Shown here piece by piece: positions 1 through 9,981 of a stretch of 64,000 nt of DNA. The DNA is taken from NCBI GenBank assembly GCA_003696075.1, contig RFHH01000119.1, forward strand, positions 10,873 to 74,872, read 5' to 3'. Origin of the DNA: Acidobacteriota bacterium (lineage in GTDB: Bacteria > Acidobacteriota > Polarisedimenticolia > J045). Position numbers and translations under genes: made by a program. How positions within the stretch are numbered: position 1 is the first letter of the stretch; every line of letters begins with the position of its first letter. The notes under the pieces are model-generated. The model saw only the letters and a list, made by a program, of their open reading frames with translations. It was not told the origin of the DNA and did not search any database.

Positions 1-264
1 TCGACCCGCAAGCTCCCCGGTCTCAACCAGGTCCCGGACAGTGTCTGCCGGATCTTCGAGGGCTCGCCGAAGAAGCTCCCGCGCCCTGCCGCCAAGGAAA
101 CGCCCGCGGCGGCGGCGGCGGGCGGAGCGCACGCCGCCTGGCTGGTCCCGGCGCTGGCGGCGGGCGGTCTGGTGGCACTCCTCGCGCTGCTGAACGACGA
201 CCACGAAGACGCGCGGGACACCAACGCGACGCCTTTCTGAGCGGAAGTCGGTTCGCCGGCGGGA

Positions 265-2709
265 TCAGCGCGGTGGCGGTGCGTCGTCGCTGACGACCCG
301 CACCTCGCCCGACACATCGACCCGGCCCGGCTCTTCGGGTCCGGCCGGCGGCCGCTCGAACAGGTCGTCCCCGAGAGCGACCCGGATCACGTCGTCCAGC
401 TCCTGGGCGAAGTCGAACTGCATCGTCGCCCGCAGCTCGGGCTGGATGTCCTCGAGGTCCTTCTCGTTGTTCGCCGGCAGGATGACGCGCGTCACGCCGG
501 CGCGGCGGGCCGCCAGGACCTTCTCCTTGATCCCGCCCACAGGGAGCACCTTCCCGCGGAGGGTGAGCTCCCCCGTCATCCCGACCATCGGCCGCACCGG
601 ACGGCCGATCAGCAGCGACAGGAGGCTCACCGCGATCGTCACGCCGGCCGAGGGCCCGTCCTTCGGGATGGCGCCCGCGGGGACGTGCACGTGGATGTCG
701 TTCTTCTCGAACTTCTCGGGCGGGATCCCGAACGCGGCGGCGTTGGAGCGGATCCAGGACAGCGCAGCCTGGGCCGACTCCTTCATCACCTCGCCGAGCC
801 GCCCCGTGATGAGGAGTTTGCCGCGGCCCGGCATCAGGCTCGATTCGATGAACAGAATGTCGCCCCCAGACTGGGTCCACGCGAGACCGATGGCGACGCC
901 GGGGCGGTTGGCGCGCTCCGCCAACTCCCGGTGGAATTTCTGCGGACCGAGGTAGTCGGGCACGTCCGCCGCCCGAATCACGATCGGGCCGGACCGGTGC
1001 TCCTCCTCCTGCTCGACGAGCCGCCGGGCCACCTTGCGGCACAGGCTGGCGATCTCGCGCTCGAGATTCCGCAACCCCGCCTCCCGGGTGTACTCGGCGA
1101 TGATCCGCTGGATCGCACCGTCCTCGATCTCGATGTCGACTCCCTCGAGACCGTTTTCCTCCAGCTGCCGCGGGATCAGATGCCGGCGCGCGATTTCCAG
1201 CTTCTCCTCTTCGGTGTACCCGGGAAGGGACAGAACCTCCATCCGGTCACGCAACGCGTGCGGGATGGTGTCGAGCACGTTCGCCGTGCAGATGAAGAAG
1301 ACCTGACTCAGATCGAACGGGACCTCGAGGTAGTGGTCGGAGAAGGAGAAATTCTGCTCCGGGTCGAGCACCTCCAGCAGGGCGCTCGAGGGATCGCCGC
1401 GGAAATCGGCGCCGAGCTTGTCCACCTCGTCGAGGACGAACACGGGGTTCTTCGACCCCGCCCGTTTCAGTCCCTGAATGATCCGTCCCGGGAGGGCTCC
1501 GACGTACGTCCGGCGATGGCCTCTGATCTCCGCCTCGTCCCGGACGCCTCCCAGCGAGATCCGGACGAACTTGCGGCCCATCGCACGCGCGATGGAGCGG
1601 CCGAGCGAGGTCTTCCCGGTCCCCGGCGGGCCCACGAAGCACAGGATCGGTCCCTTGAGATCCGGCTTGCGCTTCCGGACGGCCAGGTACTCGAGGATCC
1701 TGTCCTTCACCTTCTCCAGGTCGTAGTGATCCTGGTCCAGGATCTCGCGGGCGGCTTTCAGCTCGATCTTGTCCTCGGTGGTGGTGCTCCACGGCAGGCT
1801 CGTCATCCAATCGAGGTAGGTCCGCGCCACCGTGTACTCCGCCGACGCCGGCGGCATCGCGCTCAGCCGGTCGAGCTCCCGCTCCGCGACCTCCCGGGCC
1901 TCGTCGGGCATCCCGGCCGCCTCGATCTTCTTCCGGAACTCTTCGATCTCCCGCGTCCGATCGTCGCCGTCCCCGAGCTCCCGCTGGATCGCCTTCATCT
2001 GCTCGCGCAGGTAGAAGTGCCGCTGGGTCTTCCCGACCTCGTCCATGACGCGCGACTGGATCTGCGACCCGAGCTCGGTGACCTGGATCTCCCGGTTCAC
2101 GCGGTAGGTGATCTTCTCCAGCCGCTCCTTGAGGGATGCGATCGGGAGAAGCTCCATCTTGTCCTTCACCGGGATGGGCAGGACCGAGGCCACGAGATCC
2201 GCCAGCCGGTCGGGATCGTCCTCCGGAAGGGTCAGCTCGGAAATATCCCCGGACAGGTTCGGGTGAATCTCCACCAGCTTGCGGAACTGGATGGCGAGGT
2301 TCCGGGCGAGCGCTTCGACCTCGATTCCCTCGTCGCGAATCGTCTCCAGGCGCTCGAAGCGTCCGGCCAGGTGCGGCTCTTCCTGCTCGAGCTCGATCAG
2401 GCGGACGCGCTGCAGACCCTGAATGATGAGGTTGATGTTTCCGCCGCCGACGCGGATCGCTTTGAGCACTCGCGCCAGGGTGCCGTGATCGTACAGATCC
2501 TCGATCCGCGGGTCGTCGGTTCCCGGGTCCTTCTGGCTCAGGACGACGATCTGGAGATCCTTCTCCAGCGCGTTCTCGATCAGCGCGAGCGTCTTGCGCC
2601 GCCCGACGCTGATCGGCATCACGGCGTGGGGGAACAACACACTGTTTCGGAGCGGCAGAATGCCGAACCGCTCGCCGTCCGCGCCCTTCGAACGCTTCGC
2701 CTCGCTCAT
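265..2709 (-). CDS. lon: ATP-dependent Lon protease (LonA type)
   Basis: 814 aa ORF. N-terminal LON substrate-binding domain, AAA+ Walker A GPPGTGKTS, and a C-terminal S16 proteolytic domain with the PKDGPSAG motif. Confidence 0.9.
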   Translation of the reverse strand: MSEAKRSKGADGERFGILPLRNSVLFPHAVMPISVGRRKTLALIENALEKDLQIVVLSQKDPGTDDPRIEDLYDHGTLARVLKAIRVGGGNINLIIQGLQRVRLIELEQEEPHLAGRFERLETIRDEGIEVEALARNLAIQFRKLVEIHPNLSGDISELTLPEDDPDRLADLVASVLPIPVKDKMELLPIASLKERLEKITYRVNREIQVTELGSQIQSRVMDEVGKTQRHFYLREQMKAIQRELGDGDDRTREIEEFRKKIEAAGMPDEAREVAERELDRLSAMPPASAEYTVARTYLDWMTSLPWSTTTEDKIELKAAREILDQDHYDLEKVKDRILEYLAVRKRKPDLKGPILCFVGPPGTGKTSLGRSIARAMGRKFVRISLGGVRDEAEIRGHRRTYVGALPGRIIQGLKRAGSKNPVFVLDEVDKLGADFRGDPSSALLEVLDPEQNFSFSDHYLEVPFDLSQVFFICTANVLDTIPHALRDRMEVLSLPGYTEEEKLEIARRHLIPRQLEENGLEGVDIEIEDGAIQRIIAEYTREAGLRNLEREIASLCRKVARRLVEQEEEHRSGPIVIRAADVPDYLGPQKFHRELAERANRPGVAIGLAWTQSGGDILFIESSLMPGRGKLLITGRLGEVMKESAQAALSWIRSNAAAFGIPPEKFEKNDIHVHVPAGAIPKDGPSAGVTIAVSLLSLLIGRPVRPMVGMTGELTLRGKVLPVGGIKEKVLAARRAGVTRVILPANNEKDLEDIQPELRATMQFDFAQELDDVIRVALGDDLFERPPAGPEEPGRVDVSGEVRVVSDDAPPPR

Positions 2710-2805
2710 CGTGACCTCACACCGCGTGCGACGCGCGGGAGCCGCGGCCCTGGTTCGAGTGTGCCACGGCGCCCCCGCTCCTGCCAGACGATCCGGAAGG
2801 GCCCG

Positions 2806-3237
2806 TCACCCGGAAACCTCGATCCGGCGAACCCGCGCCTCCTCGCGCTTCGGGATCGTGATCGTGAGCACCCCAGCTTCGTAGCCGGCGGTGATGCGGG
2901 ACGGATCGGCGCCGGGCGGCAGCCGGAAGCTGCGCCGGAACCGACCGGCCGGCCGCTCGGAACGCACGATGCCAGCGCCGTTCGCACGGGGACGCTCGCC
3001 GGTCAGCAGGAGCATCCCTCCCTCGACGCGCAGATCGATCGCCTCGCGCGGAACTCCGGGCAGGTCGGCCTCGATCACCACCGCGCTGTCGGTCTCACGG
3101 ACGTCGACGGGGGGGAGGAATTCCGCGGCGCGACGCCCGCGCCCTGGCAGGCCGAGCCCGTCCAGAATCCGGGTCAGGTCCTGCTCGAGGCCCGAGAGAA
3201 TCTCGAAGGGATGACGGCCCGTCTCGCTCGCACGCAT
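2806..3237 (-). CDS. Hsp20/alpha-crystallin family small heat shock protein
   Basis: 143 aa with an alpha-crystallin domain signature (VDVRETDSAVVIEADLPGV ... GVLTITIPK). It lies immediately upstream of lon on the same strand. Confidence 0.85.
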   Translation of the reverse strand: MRASETGRHPFEILSGLEQDLTRILDGLGLPGRGRRAAEFLPPVDVRETDSAVVIEADLPGVPREAIDLRVEGGMLLLTGERPRANGAGIVRSERPAGRFRRSFRLPPGADPSRITAGYEAGVLTITIPKREEARVRRIEVSG

Positions 3238-3304
3238 GGTCTTCGCTCCCGCCGGGATCCTGAAGATCCGGGCGCGCAGCTTCTAAGACCGGCGGCAAGC
3301 GCCG

Positions 3305-5389
3305 TCAAGACGCCCCGACGACGGCGTCGACGAGCTCGGGGGGAACAGGCCGGTAGTCGAACGGCTCCAGGGCGAACGTGCCGCGTCCCTGGGTGAGCGA
3401 GCGAAGGTCCGTCGAATAACCGAACATCGATCCCAGCGGAACGAATCCGCGGACCACCGCCTGCGTTCCCAGGACTCCGGTTTCGCGGATCTCCGCCCGG
3501 CGGGCCCCCAGGTCCTTGACCACCGCTCCCAGGAACTCCTCCGGAGCCCTGACCTCGAAGCGCATGATCGGCTCGAGCAGCACCGCCTCCGCCTTCTGGA
3601 AGGCGTGGCGCACGGCGAGCGAAAGGGCCGCTCCGAGGGGCACCGAGGGCTCCGGGGCATCGCCGAGCTCGAGCGCGGTCAAGGTGACCCGCACGTCGAT
3701 CACGGGAAAGCCGTGCGCGCCTCCCGCCTCGCACGCGGATCGCAGCGTGTCGGCGGCCTCCTCCCGCAGGGCCGGCGGGAGAAGCGCCGCGTGCGATCCG
3801 AGGTCGACCTCCACCGGGGGAAGCGAGCGATCGCCCGGGGGCCGGGGCCTCGGCGCCACCTCCACGGCGGCGCGGGCGAACAGGGCGACGTCGCCGACCC
3901 GCTTGTCGAACACGCCCTCCCCGGCGGCCGGCCCGCCGATCGTCTCGCGATAGGAGACGCGGGGTCGCCCGAACCGGGCGCGCACGCGGAAGTCGCGTTC
4001 CATCCGGTTGCGAATGACATCCAGGTGGAGCTCTCCCATTCCGGAGAAAATCAGCTCGCCCGTTTCCTCGTTCACGTGGCAGCGGAACGTCGGATCTTCC
4101 CGCTGGAGCCTGTCCACGACTTCGAGCAGCTTGTCCCGGTCCGCGGCCGTCCGGGCCTCGACGGCCACGGAAACGACCGTCTCCGGGAAGGTGATCTTCT
4201 CGTACGCGATGGGGTGATCGGGATCGCACAGGGTGTCGCCGGTGACGACGTCCTTGATCCCCATCGCGGCGACGATGTCGCCCGTCTCCGCGCGGTCCAC
4301 CGGCTCCGTCCGGTCGGCGAAGATCCTCAGCAGGCGCCGCAGCCGGAGCCTTTTCCCGGTCCGCGGGTTGAAGCAGCGGTCCTCGGTCCCCAGCGAACCC
4401 GAATAGACACGCAGCCAGTGGACGTCGGCGTTGGGCGTCGCGACGACCTTGCAGACCAGCGCGGAGAATGGCGCCGACGGATCCGGCGGGCGCGTCGCCG
4501 GCTCACCCGTCTTCGGGTCGATCCCGGCCGCGGGGGGCCGGTCGAGCGGGGATGGGAGGTAGTCGCACACCGCATCGAGGACGGGGCGGATACCGAGATC
4601 CTTGAGCGCCGCGCCGCAGAGGACCGGGACGAAACGCCCGGCGACCGTGGCCTCGCGAATCGCGCGGCGGAGCTCCTCCCCACTCACGGGCTCGTCGGCG
4701 AGGAACTTGTCGGCGAGCCAGTCCACGGCCTCGGCCACGCCGCAGACGAGCCTCTCGCGGGCGGCCTCGGCCGCCTCCCGCATCTCGGGGGGGATGTCCT
4801 CTTCCTCCAACTCCCGCCCGCGGGTCGCGGGATCGAAGACCAGGCGGCGCATGGAGAGCAGGTCGATCACCCCGTCGAGCTTGTCCTCGAGGCCGCAGGG
4901 GAGATTGATGAAGCAGGCATTCGCCCCCAGGACTTCGCGAATCTGTTCGAGCACCCGCTCGTGGTCGGCACCCACCCGGTCGAGCTTGTTGATGAACGCC
5001 AGCCTCGGGACGCGGTAACGGTCGGCCTGGTGCCAGACGGTCTCGCTCTGCGGCTCGACGCCTTCCACCCCGGAGAAGACGACGACAGCCCCGTCGAGGA
5101 CGCGAACGCTCCGCTCGACCTCGGCGGTGAAATCGACGTGCCCCGGGGTGTCGATCAGGTTGACCTGATGGCCGTTCCAGAGGAAGGTCGTCGCCGCCGC
5201 CTGGATGGTGATCCCGCGCTCCCGCTCCTGCTCGAGAAAGTCCATCGCCGCCTCCCCGCGATGGACCTCTCCGATCTTGTGGATCAAGCCGGCGTAGTAG
5301 AGGAAGCGCTCCGTGGTCGTCGTCTTGCCCGCGTCGATGTGCGCGATGATGCCGATGTTCCGGACCTTGTCTCGGGGTGCGCGCGACAC
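3305..5389 (-). CDS. fusA: Elongation factor G family GTPase (EF-G paralogue)
   Basis: 694 aa. G1 motif [17 protein letters not shown], and full EF-G domain II-V architecture. It is not in an str-operon context. Confidence 0.85.
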   Translation of the reverse strand: MSRAPRDKVRNIGIIAHIDAGKTTTTERFLYYAGLIHKIGEVHRGEAAMDFLEQERERGITIQAAATTFLWNGHQVNLIDTPGHVDFTAEVERSVRVLDGAVVVFSGVEGVEPQSETVWHQADRYRVPRLAFINKLDRVGADHERVLEQIREVLGANACFINLPCGLEDKLDGVIDLLSMRRLVFDPATRGRELEEEDIPPEMREAAEAARERLVCGVAEAVDWLADKFLADEPVSGEELRRAIREATVAGRFVPVLCGAALKDLGIRPVLDAVCDYLPSPLDRPPAAGIDPKTGEPATRPPDPSAPFSALVCKVVATPNADVHWLRVYSGSLGTEDRCFNPRTGKRLRLRRLLRIFADRTEPVDRAETGDIVAAMGIKDVVTGDTLCDPDHPIAYEKITFPETVVSVAVEARTAADRDKLLEVVDRLQREDPTFRCHVNEETGELIFSGMGELHLDVIRNRMERDFRVRARFGRPRVSYRETIGGPAAGEGVFDKRVGDVALFARAAVEVAPRPRPPGDRSLPPVEVDLGSHAALLPPALREEAADTLRSACEAGGAHGFPVIDVRVTLTALELGDAPEPSVPLGAALSLAVRHAFQKAEAVLLEPIMRFEVRAPEEFLGAVVKDLGARRAEIRETGVLGTQAVVRGFVPLGSMFGYSTDLRSLTQGRGTFALEPFDYRPVPPELVDAVVGAS

Positions 5390-5539
5390 GGGTCGACCTC
5401 GCTCGGCTCGCAGGAATGACCGGCAAGTTAGCAGGGGGGCGAAAGTGCGTCAACGCGAAGCCGGCGCCTCCGGCCCGGCAGCCCGGCGTTCCGAAACCCG
5501 GGATCCACAACCGCTCGCCGCGGTTTTCCACATTGTGGG

Positions 5540-7240
5540 TCAATCGGTGGAAAACAGCAGGTCGCCCTCCCAGGGCCCTTCACCCGGCCCCGGCACAGCC
5601 TCGGTTTGAGGGAAGGCCGGAAACGGCTGGTCCGGATCGGCGCCGAAGAGCGGCCCCGGACCGGCGAGCCCTCCCGAGCCGGACCAAGGGCAGGTGACGA
5701 CCCCGGTCCGCTGCTCGGGAAGCACGCGGAGCCGGCCGCGCACCGCGCCTCGATCGTTGCGCAGCACCACCAGGTCGCCGTCCGACAGCCCGCGGGCCTC
5801 GGCGTCGGCGGGCGCCATTCCGATCCACAGGCGCCGCTCGGGCGCGGGCGGCGCGGGAACGAACTCGAGCGGGAAGGCGGTGCTCCGGGCCGGGGGCGCC
5901 ACCCGGGCCTCGGCCCCCAAGACTGCCCCGCCGCACTCGCGCGATCGGACGCGGGCGTCTCCCCGCGGCGGCGCTTCGCCCTCGGCGCACGGGGGTAGGA
6001 GCGGGCCGAGATCCTCGGGAAACCACTCGGCGGGCCATCCGAGGCGCGCGCCGAGTCCGCGCCAGAGGCGTTCCGGCGGCCGGACCTCGGGAGGCGGCGG
6101 GACCGCACCCTGGCCTCCCCACGGGCACGGGCCGATCCCGGCTCCGGCGGCCGCGTCGGAAGCCTCGAAGAAGGCCGGAGCGGGGAGGAGAAGATCCGCG
6201 CGGCGTGCGGTCGGTCCCTGTATCTCCAGCGCGAACCGGACCACCAGGCGCGCCTTTTCGAGGTACCGCGCCAGGATGGAAGCCCCGGGCCAGAAGGTCA
6301 GCGGATCGGGGCCGGAGACCACGACCACGTCGGAGCCGGCGTCGCGCTCCTCCAGGCGGGCGGCGAACCAGGCGGCGTCCCGGGCCACGGCACCTGCAGA
6401 GCCGACGGGGAGCGGCATCCCGCTTCCCGGCGGCTCACCCTCGAGCGTCGCGGCCAGCACGGCACCCGTCGTGCGGGCCAGCTCGCCGAGGGACCGGCAC
6501 AACAGCCCGGCGGCCTCCCCCGCAGCGGCCTCCTCCCCGACCACGATCATGGCCTCCCCGGCGGCGTCGGCGAGGCTCCGGCCCAGCCAGACGATCTCGT
6601 CCGGCGACACGCCCGCCACGGCGGCCGCCCTGGCCGGGGGCCAAGGGTCGCCCGTCTCTCTCCCCCCGCGGACCTCGCGCGCCACATGGGCGGCGCCGAG
6701 CGCGATGGCGGCGTGGGTACCGGGAAGTGGCTGGATCCTCCGGTCCGCCTCGCCAGCGGCCGGTCCCCCGCGCGCTCCGACGAAAACGCGTCGGGCGCCG
6801 TCACGCCGGGCCCGCTCCGGCCATCGGTCGCCGAGCCCCCCGGTGTCGCCGAGCTCGGCACCCCAAAGGACGAGCAGGCGCAGCCGCTCGAACCGGCCCG
6901 GGCCGTCCGCCGGACGGGCTTCGGGAGCCAGCGCCTCGGCCAGGAGCCGGCGCGGGCTCGGGGAGCGCACGATCTCGATCGGCTGCGGGAGGAAAGCGGA
7001 AACCCGGTCGAGCAGAACACGGGAGAATCGGGCGCGGACCGCCGTATCGAGAACCACCCAGCGAACCTGTCGCTCCCGCGCCTCGGCCGCGAGGCGGTCC
7101 AGGACCTCCCGCCAGCCGACCGGCACGAACCGGCGGACCCGCCCCCCTTCCCGCCGTCCCCCCTCCGGTCGCATCGGCACGGTGAGCCGGGCACCGGAAG
7201 TCGCGACGCGGACCTCGTGCCGGCAATCGGGGCAGGGCAT
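5540..7240 (-). CDS. Molybdopterin oxidoreductase family protein (C-terminal molybdopterin-dinucleotide-binding domain); start uncertain
   Basis: The C-terminal sequence LSDGDLVVLRNDRGAVRGRLRVLPEQRTGVVTCPW is a typical MopB MGD-binding barrel. The upstream part is degenerate, and the ORF extends to 7753, but the first ~170 codons look like GC artefact. The ATG at 7240 (MPCPDC) was chosen as the start. Confidence 0.5.
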   Translation of the reverse strand: MPCPDCRHEVRVATSGARLTVPMRPEGGRREGGRVRRFVPVGWREVLDRLAAEARERQVRWVVLDTAVRARFSRVLLDRVSAFLPQPIEIVRSPSPRRLLAEALAPEARPADGPGRFERLRLLVLWGAELGDTGGLGDRWPERARRDGARRVFVGARGGPAAGEADRRIQPLPGTHAAIALGAAHVAREVRGGRETGDPWPPARAAAVAGVSPDEIVWLGRSLADAAGEAMIVVGEEAAAGEAAGLLCRSLGELARTTGAVLAATLEGEPPGSGMPLPVGSAGAVARDAAWFAARLEERDAGSDVVVVSGPDPLTFWPGASILARYLEKARLVVRFALEIQGPTARRADLLLPAPAFFEASDAAAGAGIGPCPWGGQGAVPPPPEVRPPERLWRGLGARLGWPAEWFPEDLGPLLPPCAEGEAPPRGDARVRSRECGGAVLGAEARVAPPARSTAFPLEFVPAPPAPERRLWIGMAPADAEARGLSDGDLVVLRNDRGAVRGRLRVLPEQRTGVVTCPWSGSGGLAGPGPLFGADPDQPFPAFPQTEAVPGPGEGPWEGDLLFSTD

Positions 7241-7356
7241 CGTTCCTGACGCTCCGGCGAGACCGGCGAGCCGGGCCCCGGCCACCAGCGCGATCGGCCG
7301 GCAGCCTCCCCGGCAGGCGGCCGAAGGAGCCACGGGGACCGCCCGTACGGCTGGAC

Positions 7357-7746
7357 TCACGGCTCGAGCAGATCCCGCACGTGGGTGGCGAGCGCCTCGA
7401 TGTCCGGCGGCTTGGTGAGGAACAGGTCGGCACCGGAGATCAAGGACCGCTCCTGGGCGCCGATCCCCGGATAGCCGGTGAGGATGATGATCTTGAGCGA
7501 GCGACCGCGCGTCAGGCGCCGGATCCTCTCGCAGATGTCGAGACCTCCCATCCCCGGCATGACGACATCGAGGATGACGACCTGCGGCTCGAACGTCGCG
7601 AGCCGATAGCCGGCCTCGAACGCGTCGCCGGCCATCGCGACCTCGAACCCGGACCTGAGCATGAGCGATTTCGCCAGGGATTCCCTCAGATCCGCATCGT
7701 CGTCGACGAGAAGCACCCGAGGTGCCGCCCCCTTCGCTCCCGCCAT
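7357..7746 (-). CDS. Single-domain response regulator (receiver domain only)
   Basis: 130 aa from MAGAKGAAPRVLLVDDDADL... with the VVILDVVMPGMGG phospho-acceptor Asp region. The longer ORF upstream of it is GC artefact. Confidence 0.75.
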   Translation of the reverse strand: MAGAKGAAPRVLLVDDDADLRESLAKSLMLRSGFEVAMAGDAFEAGYRLATFEPQVVILDVVMPGMGGLDICERIRRLTRGRSLKIIILTGYPGIGAQERSLISGADLFLTKPPDIEALATHVRDLLEP

Positions 7747-7880
7747 CTGCCACTCCGCCAGGGACCGACGCTGTTCAGGGTTGCTCGTCGGATTGTACGG
7801 CGACGGTCCACGAGAGTCCATGGATTTTCCTCGGCCGGCCGAGAACTTCGTACCGGCGCTCGCGGCCGGCGCCCGCTGGA

Positions 7881-8660
7881 TCACTCGGCGAAGCCCGCGG
7901 TGAGCCCGCCGTCGGCCACGAGAACCGTTCCGGTGACGAACGAGAACGCCGGATCGAGTAGCCGGAAGATCGCCTCGGCGATCTCCTCGGGACGCCCGAT
8001 CCGGCCCACCGGGTGGCGGCCGCCGAGCCTTTCCAGCCTCGCGTCGCTCGCGGGTTCGTCTCCCCGCGGTGCCCGAAGCATCGGCGTGTCGACGGCACCG
8101 GGGCAGACGGCGTTCACTCGAATCCCCTCCCCCGCGTGGTCGAGGGCCATGGCGCGCGTGAGATTGACCAGCGCCGCCTTGCTGGCGCAGTACGCGGCGG
8201 CTCGCCGCATTCCGACGAGGCCGAGGGTGCTGGCGACGTTGACCACCGCCGGTCTCTCCCCCGCCCGGAGCAGCGGGAGCGCGGCCCGGCTCACCAGGAA
8301 AGCCCCCGTCACGTTGACGCGGAACAGGCGTTCCCAGACCTCCAGGGGGGTGGTCTCCACGGTTCCGAAGGCGGCCTGCCCCGCGTTGTTGACCAGGGCC
8401 TCCAGCCGACCGAAACGGCGCTGCACCGCCGCGATCGCGTTGTCGACCTCTGCGGGATCTCCGACGTCGGCCGTCTCGACCACGGCCCTTCCGCCGGCGG
8501 AAGCGCAGGCGCGCGCCGTTTCCTCGAGTTCCCGGCGGCGCCTCCCGACCAGCGCCACCGCGTAGCCCGCCTGCGCGAGCCGTACGGCGGTCGCGCGGCC
8601 GATCCCGGATCCGGCGCCGGTGACGAGCGCGTGGCGCGTCCGGTCTCGTCCAGGGGGCAT
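7881..8660 (-). CDS. SDR family oxidoreductase
   Basis: TGAGSGIGRA Rossmann motif, NNAG, and the YCASKAAL catalytic Tyr-x3-Lys. The start at 8660 avoids overlap with the tRNA. Confidence 0.85.
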   Translation of the reverse strand: MPPGRDRTRHALVTGAGSGIGRATAVRLAQAGYAVALVGRRRRELEETARACASAGGRAVVETADVGDPAEVDNAIAAVQRRFGRLEALVNNAGQAAFGTVETTPLEVWERLFRVNVTGAFLVSRAALPLLRAGERPAVVNVASTLGLVGMRRAAAYCASKAALVNLTRAMALDHAGEGIRVNAVCPGAVDTPMLRAPRGDEPASDARLERLGGRHPVGRIGRPEEIAEAIFRLLDPAFSFVTGTVLVADGGLTAGFAE

Positions 8661-8706
8661 CCGCGCCGCCTCCGGCGGGGGCTGCTCGCGGCCGCGGCGA
8701 GGGGAC

Positions 8707-8782
<76 letters not shown>

Positions 8783-8864
8783 CCGTCGCCGGCCTCGAGG
8801 ATAGCGCACCGGCGGGCACGAGGCCGGCTGCCGCTCGGCTCCCGGCCCGGGCAAAGCGCGGATT

Positions 8865-9929
8865 CTAGCCGCCGCCCTCCGGGCTTTCAACCGCCTCGGC
8901 GAGCGACTCGCGGGCCTCCCGCATCAGGGCCAGCACCACGGCGAGGATCACCGGACCCAACACCAGGCCGACCAGACCGAAGGCGGCCAGGCCTCCCAGA
9001 ACGCCGAAGAAGACCACGATGAAGGGAATCCGGGTGGAACCGGAAATGAAGAGCGGCCGGAGGAAGTTGTCGATCAGCGACACGAACAAGAAGGACCACA
9101 AGGCCACGAACAGGGCGCGACCCCACTCGCCGCCGATGGCGAGGCCCGCGATGACCGGAATGAACACCAGGCTCACGCCGAAGGGAATCACCGCGCACAG
9201 CCCGGTCGCCACACCCAGGAGCACCGGAGCGGGAACCCCCGCCAGCCAGTAGCCCACCATCGCCACGAGTCCCTGGGCGGCGGCGGTCATCAACCAGCCG
9301 TAGACGACGGCGCTGACGGTCTCGCGCACCGCCTGGAACAGGTCGCGGCCTCGCTCGCCGATGATCCTGTCGAGCAGGATGCCCACCTCCGAAACGAGGG
9401 TCTCGCCGTCCCGGTACACGAAGAAGAGGGTGAAGACGATGAGCACGCCGTTGAGGAGGTGCTGGGCGACGTTCCTGCCGAGACGCAGGACCTGCTGCGC
9501 CTGACCGGCGAGTTCCCGGATCCACACCTGCCGCAGTTCGTTGTCGGACAGCCGGTCGGCCCAGTCCTGCAGCAGCTGCTCGAGGAGGGGCACACGGTTC
9601 ACCCACTCCGGCCACTGGATCACCGGCGCAGTGGCCCAGGCGCGAAGGCGCGCGATCTGCGGTTCGAGTTCCTGGAGGAGAGCGAAACCGAGGAGCCCGG
9701 TGGGAACCAGCAGCAGGAGCACCAGCAGAGCGGTCATCGAGAGGGCGGCGAGCGTCCGCCGCCCGCCCAACCGGTCCCGCAGCCGCCGATAGGCGGGCCA
9801 GGTGGCGCTTCCGAGGATGAGCGCCCACAGGATCGGACTGATGAAAGGCGACAGGACGAGGATGCAGCCGTAGAGCACCGCGGCGAGCGCCGCGACGGCG
9901 AGAACCGCCCTCGTGATCTGGACGCGCAT
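8865..9929 (-). CDS. AI-2E family transporter (PerM/YhhT-like permease)
   Basis: 354 aa polytopic membrane protein with the UPF0118/AI-2E pattern (…LIDNFLRP…IPFIVVFFGVLGG…). Confidence 0.8.
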   Translation of the reverse strand: MRVQITRAVLAVAALAAVLYGCILVLSPFISPILWALILGSATWPAYRRLRDRLGGRRTLAALSMTALLVLLLLVPTGLLGFALLQELEPQIARLRAWATAPVIQWPEWVNRVPLLEQLLQDWADRLSDNELRQVWIRELAGQAQQVLRLGRNVAQHLLNGVLIVFTLFFVYRDGETLVSEVGILLDRIIGERGRDLFQAVRETVSAVVYGWLMTAAAQGLVAMVGYWLAGVPAPVLLGVATGLCAVIPFGVSLVFIPVIAGLAIGGEWGRALFVALWSFLFVSLIDNFLRPLFISGSTRIPFIVVFFGVLGGLAAFGLVGLVLGPVILAVVLALMREARESLAEAVESPEGGG

Positions 9930-9981
9930 CGCCCGATGCTACCTCAGCCGGGGGCGCCCCCGGCCACCCCCGCCCCGCGGC

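Noticed and set aside
685-3396. Very long plus-strand ORFs (e.g. 685..3396 at 903 aa, 5694..7418, 24372..27440 at 1022 aa, 35508..40250 at 1580 aa, 53572..58221 at 1549 aa) rich in Arg, Pro, Gly and Ala.
   Set aside because: They are antisense or shadow frames of well-supported genes (lon, clpB, the tricorn homologue and others) in a ~70% GC genome. They have no motifs and extreme composition.
3305-5389. EF-G-like GTPase as a candidate SelB, given the nearby selenoprotein finding.
   Set aside because: It has the full five-domain EF-G architecture at 694 aa. It lacks SelB's C-terminal winged-helix SECIS-binding domains and is 43 kb away.
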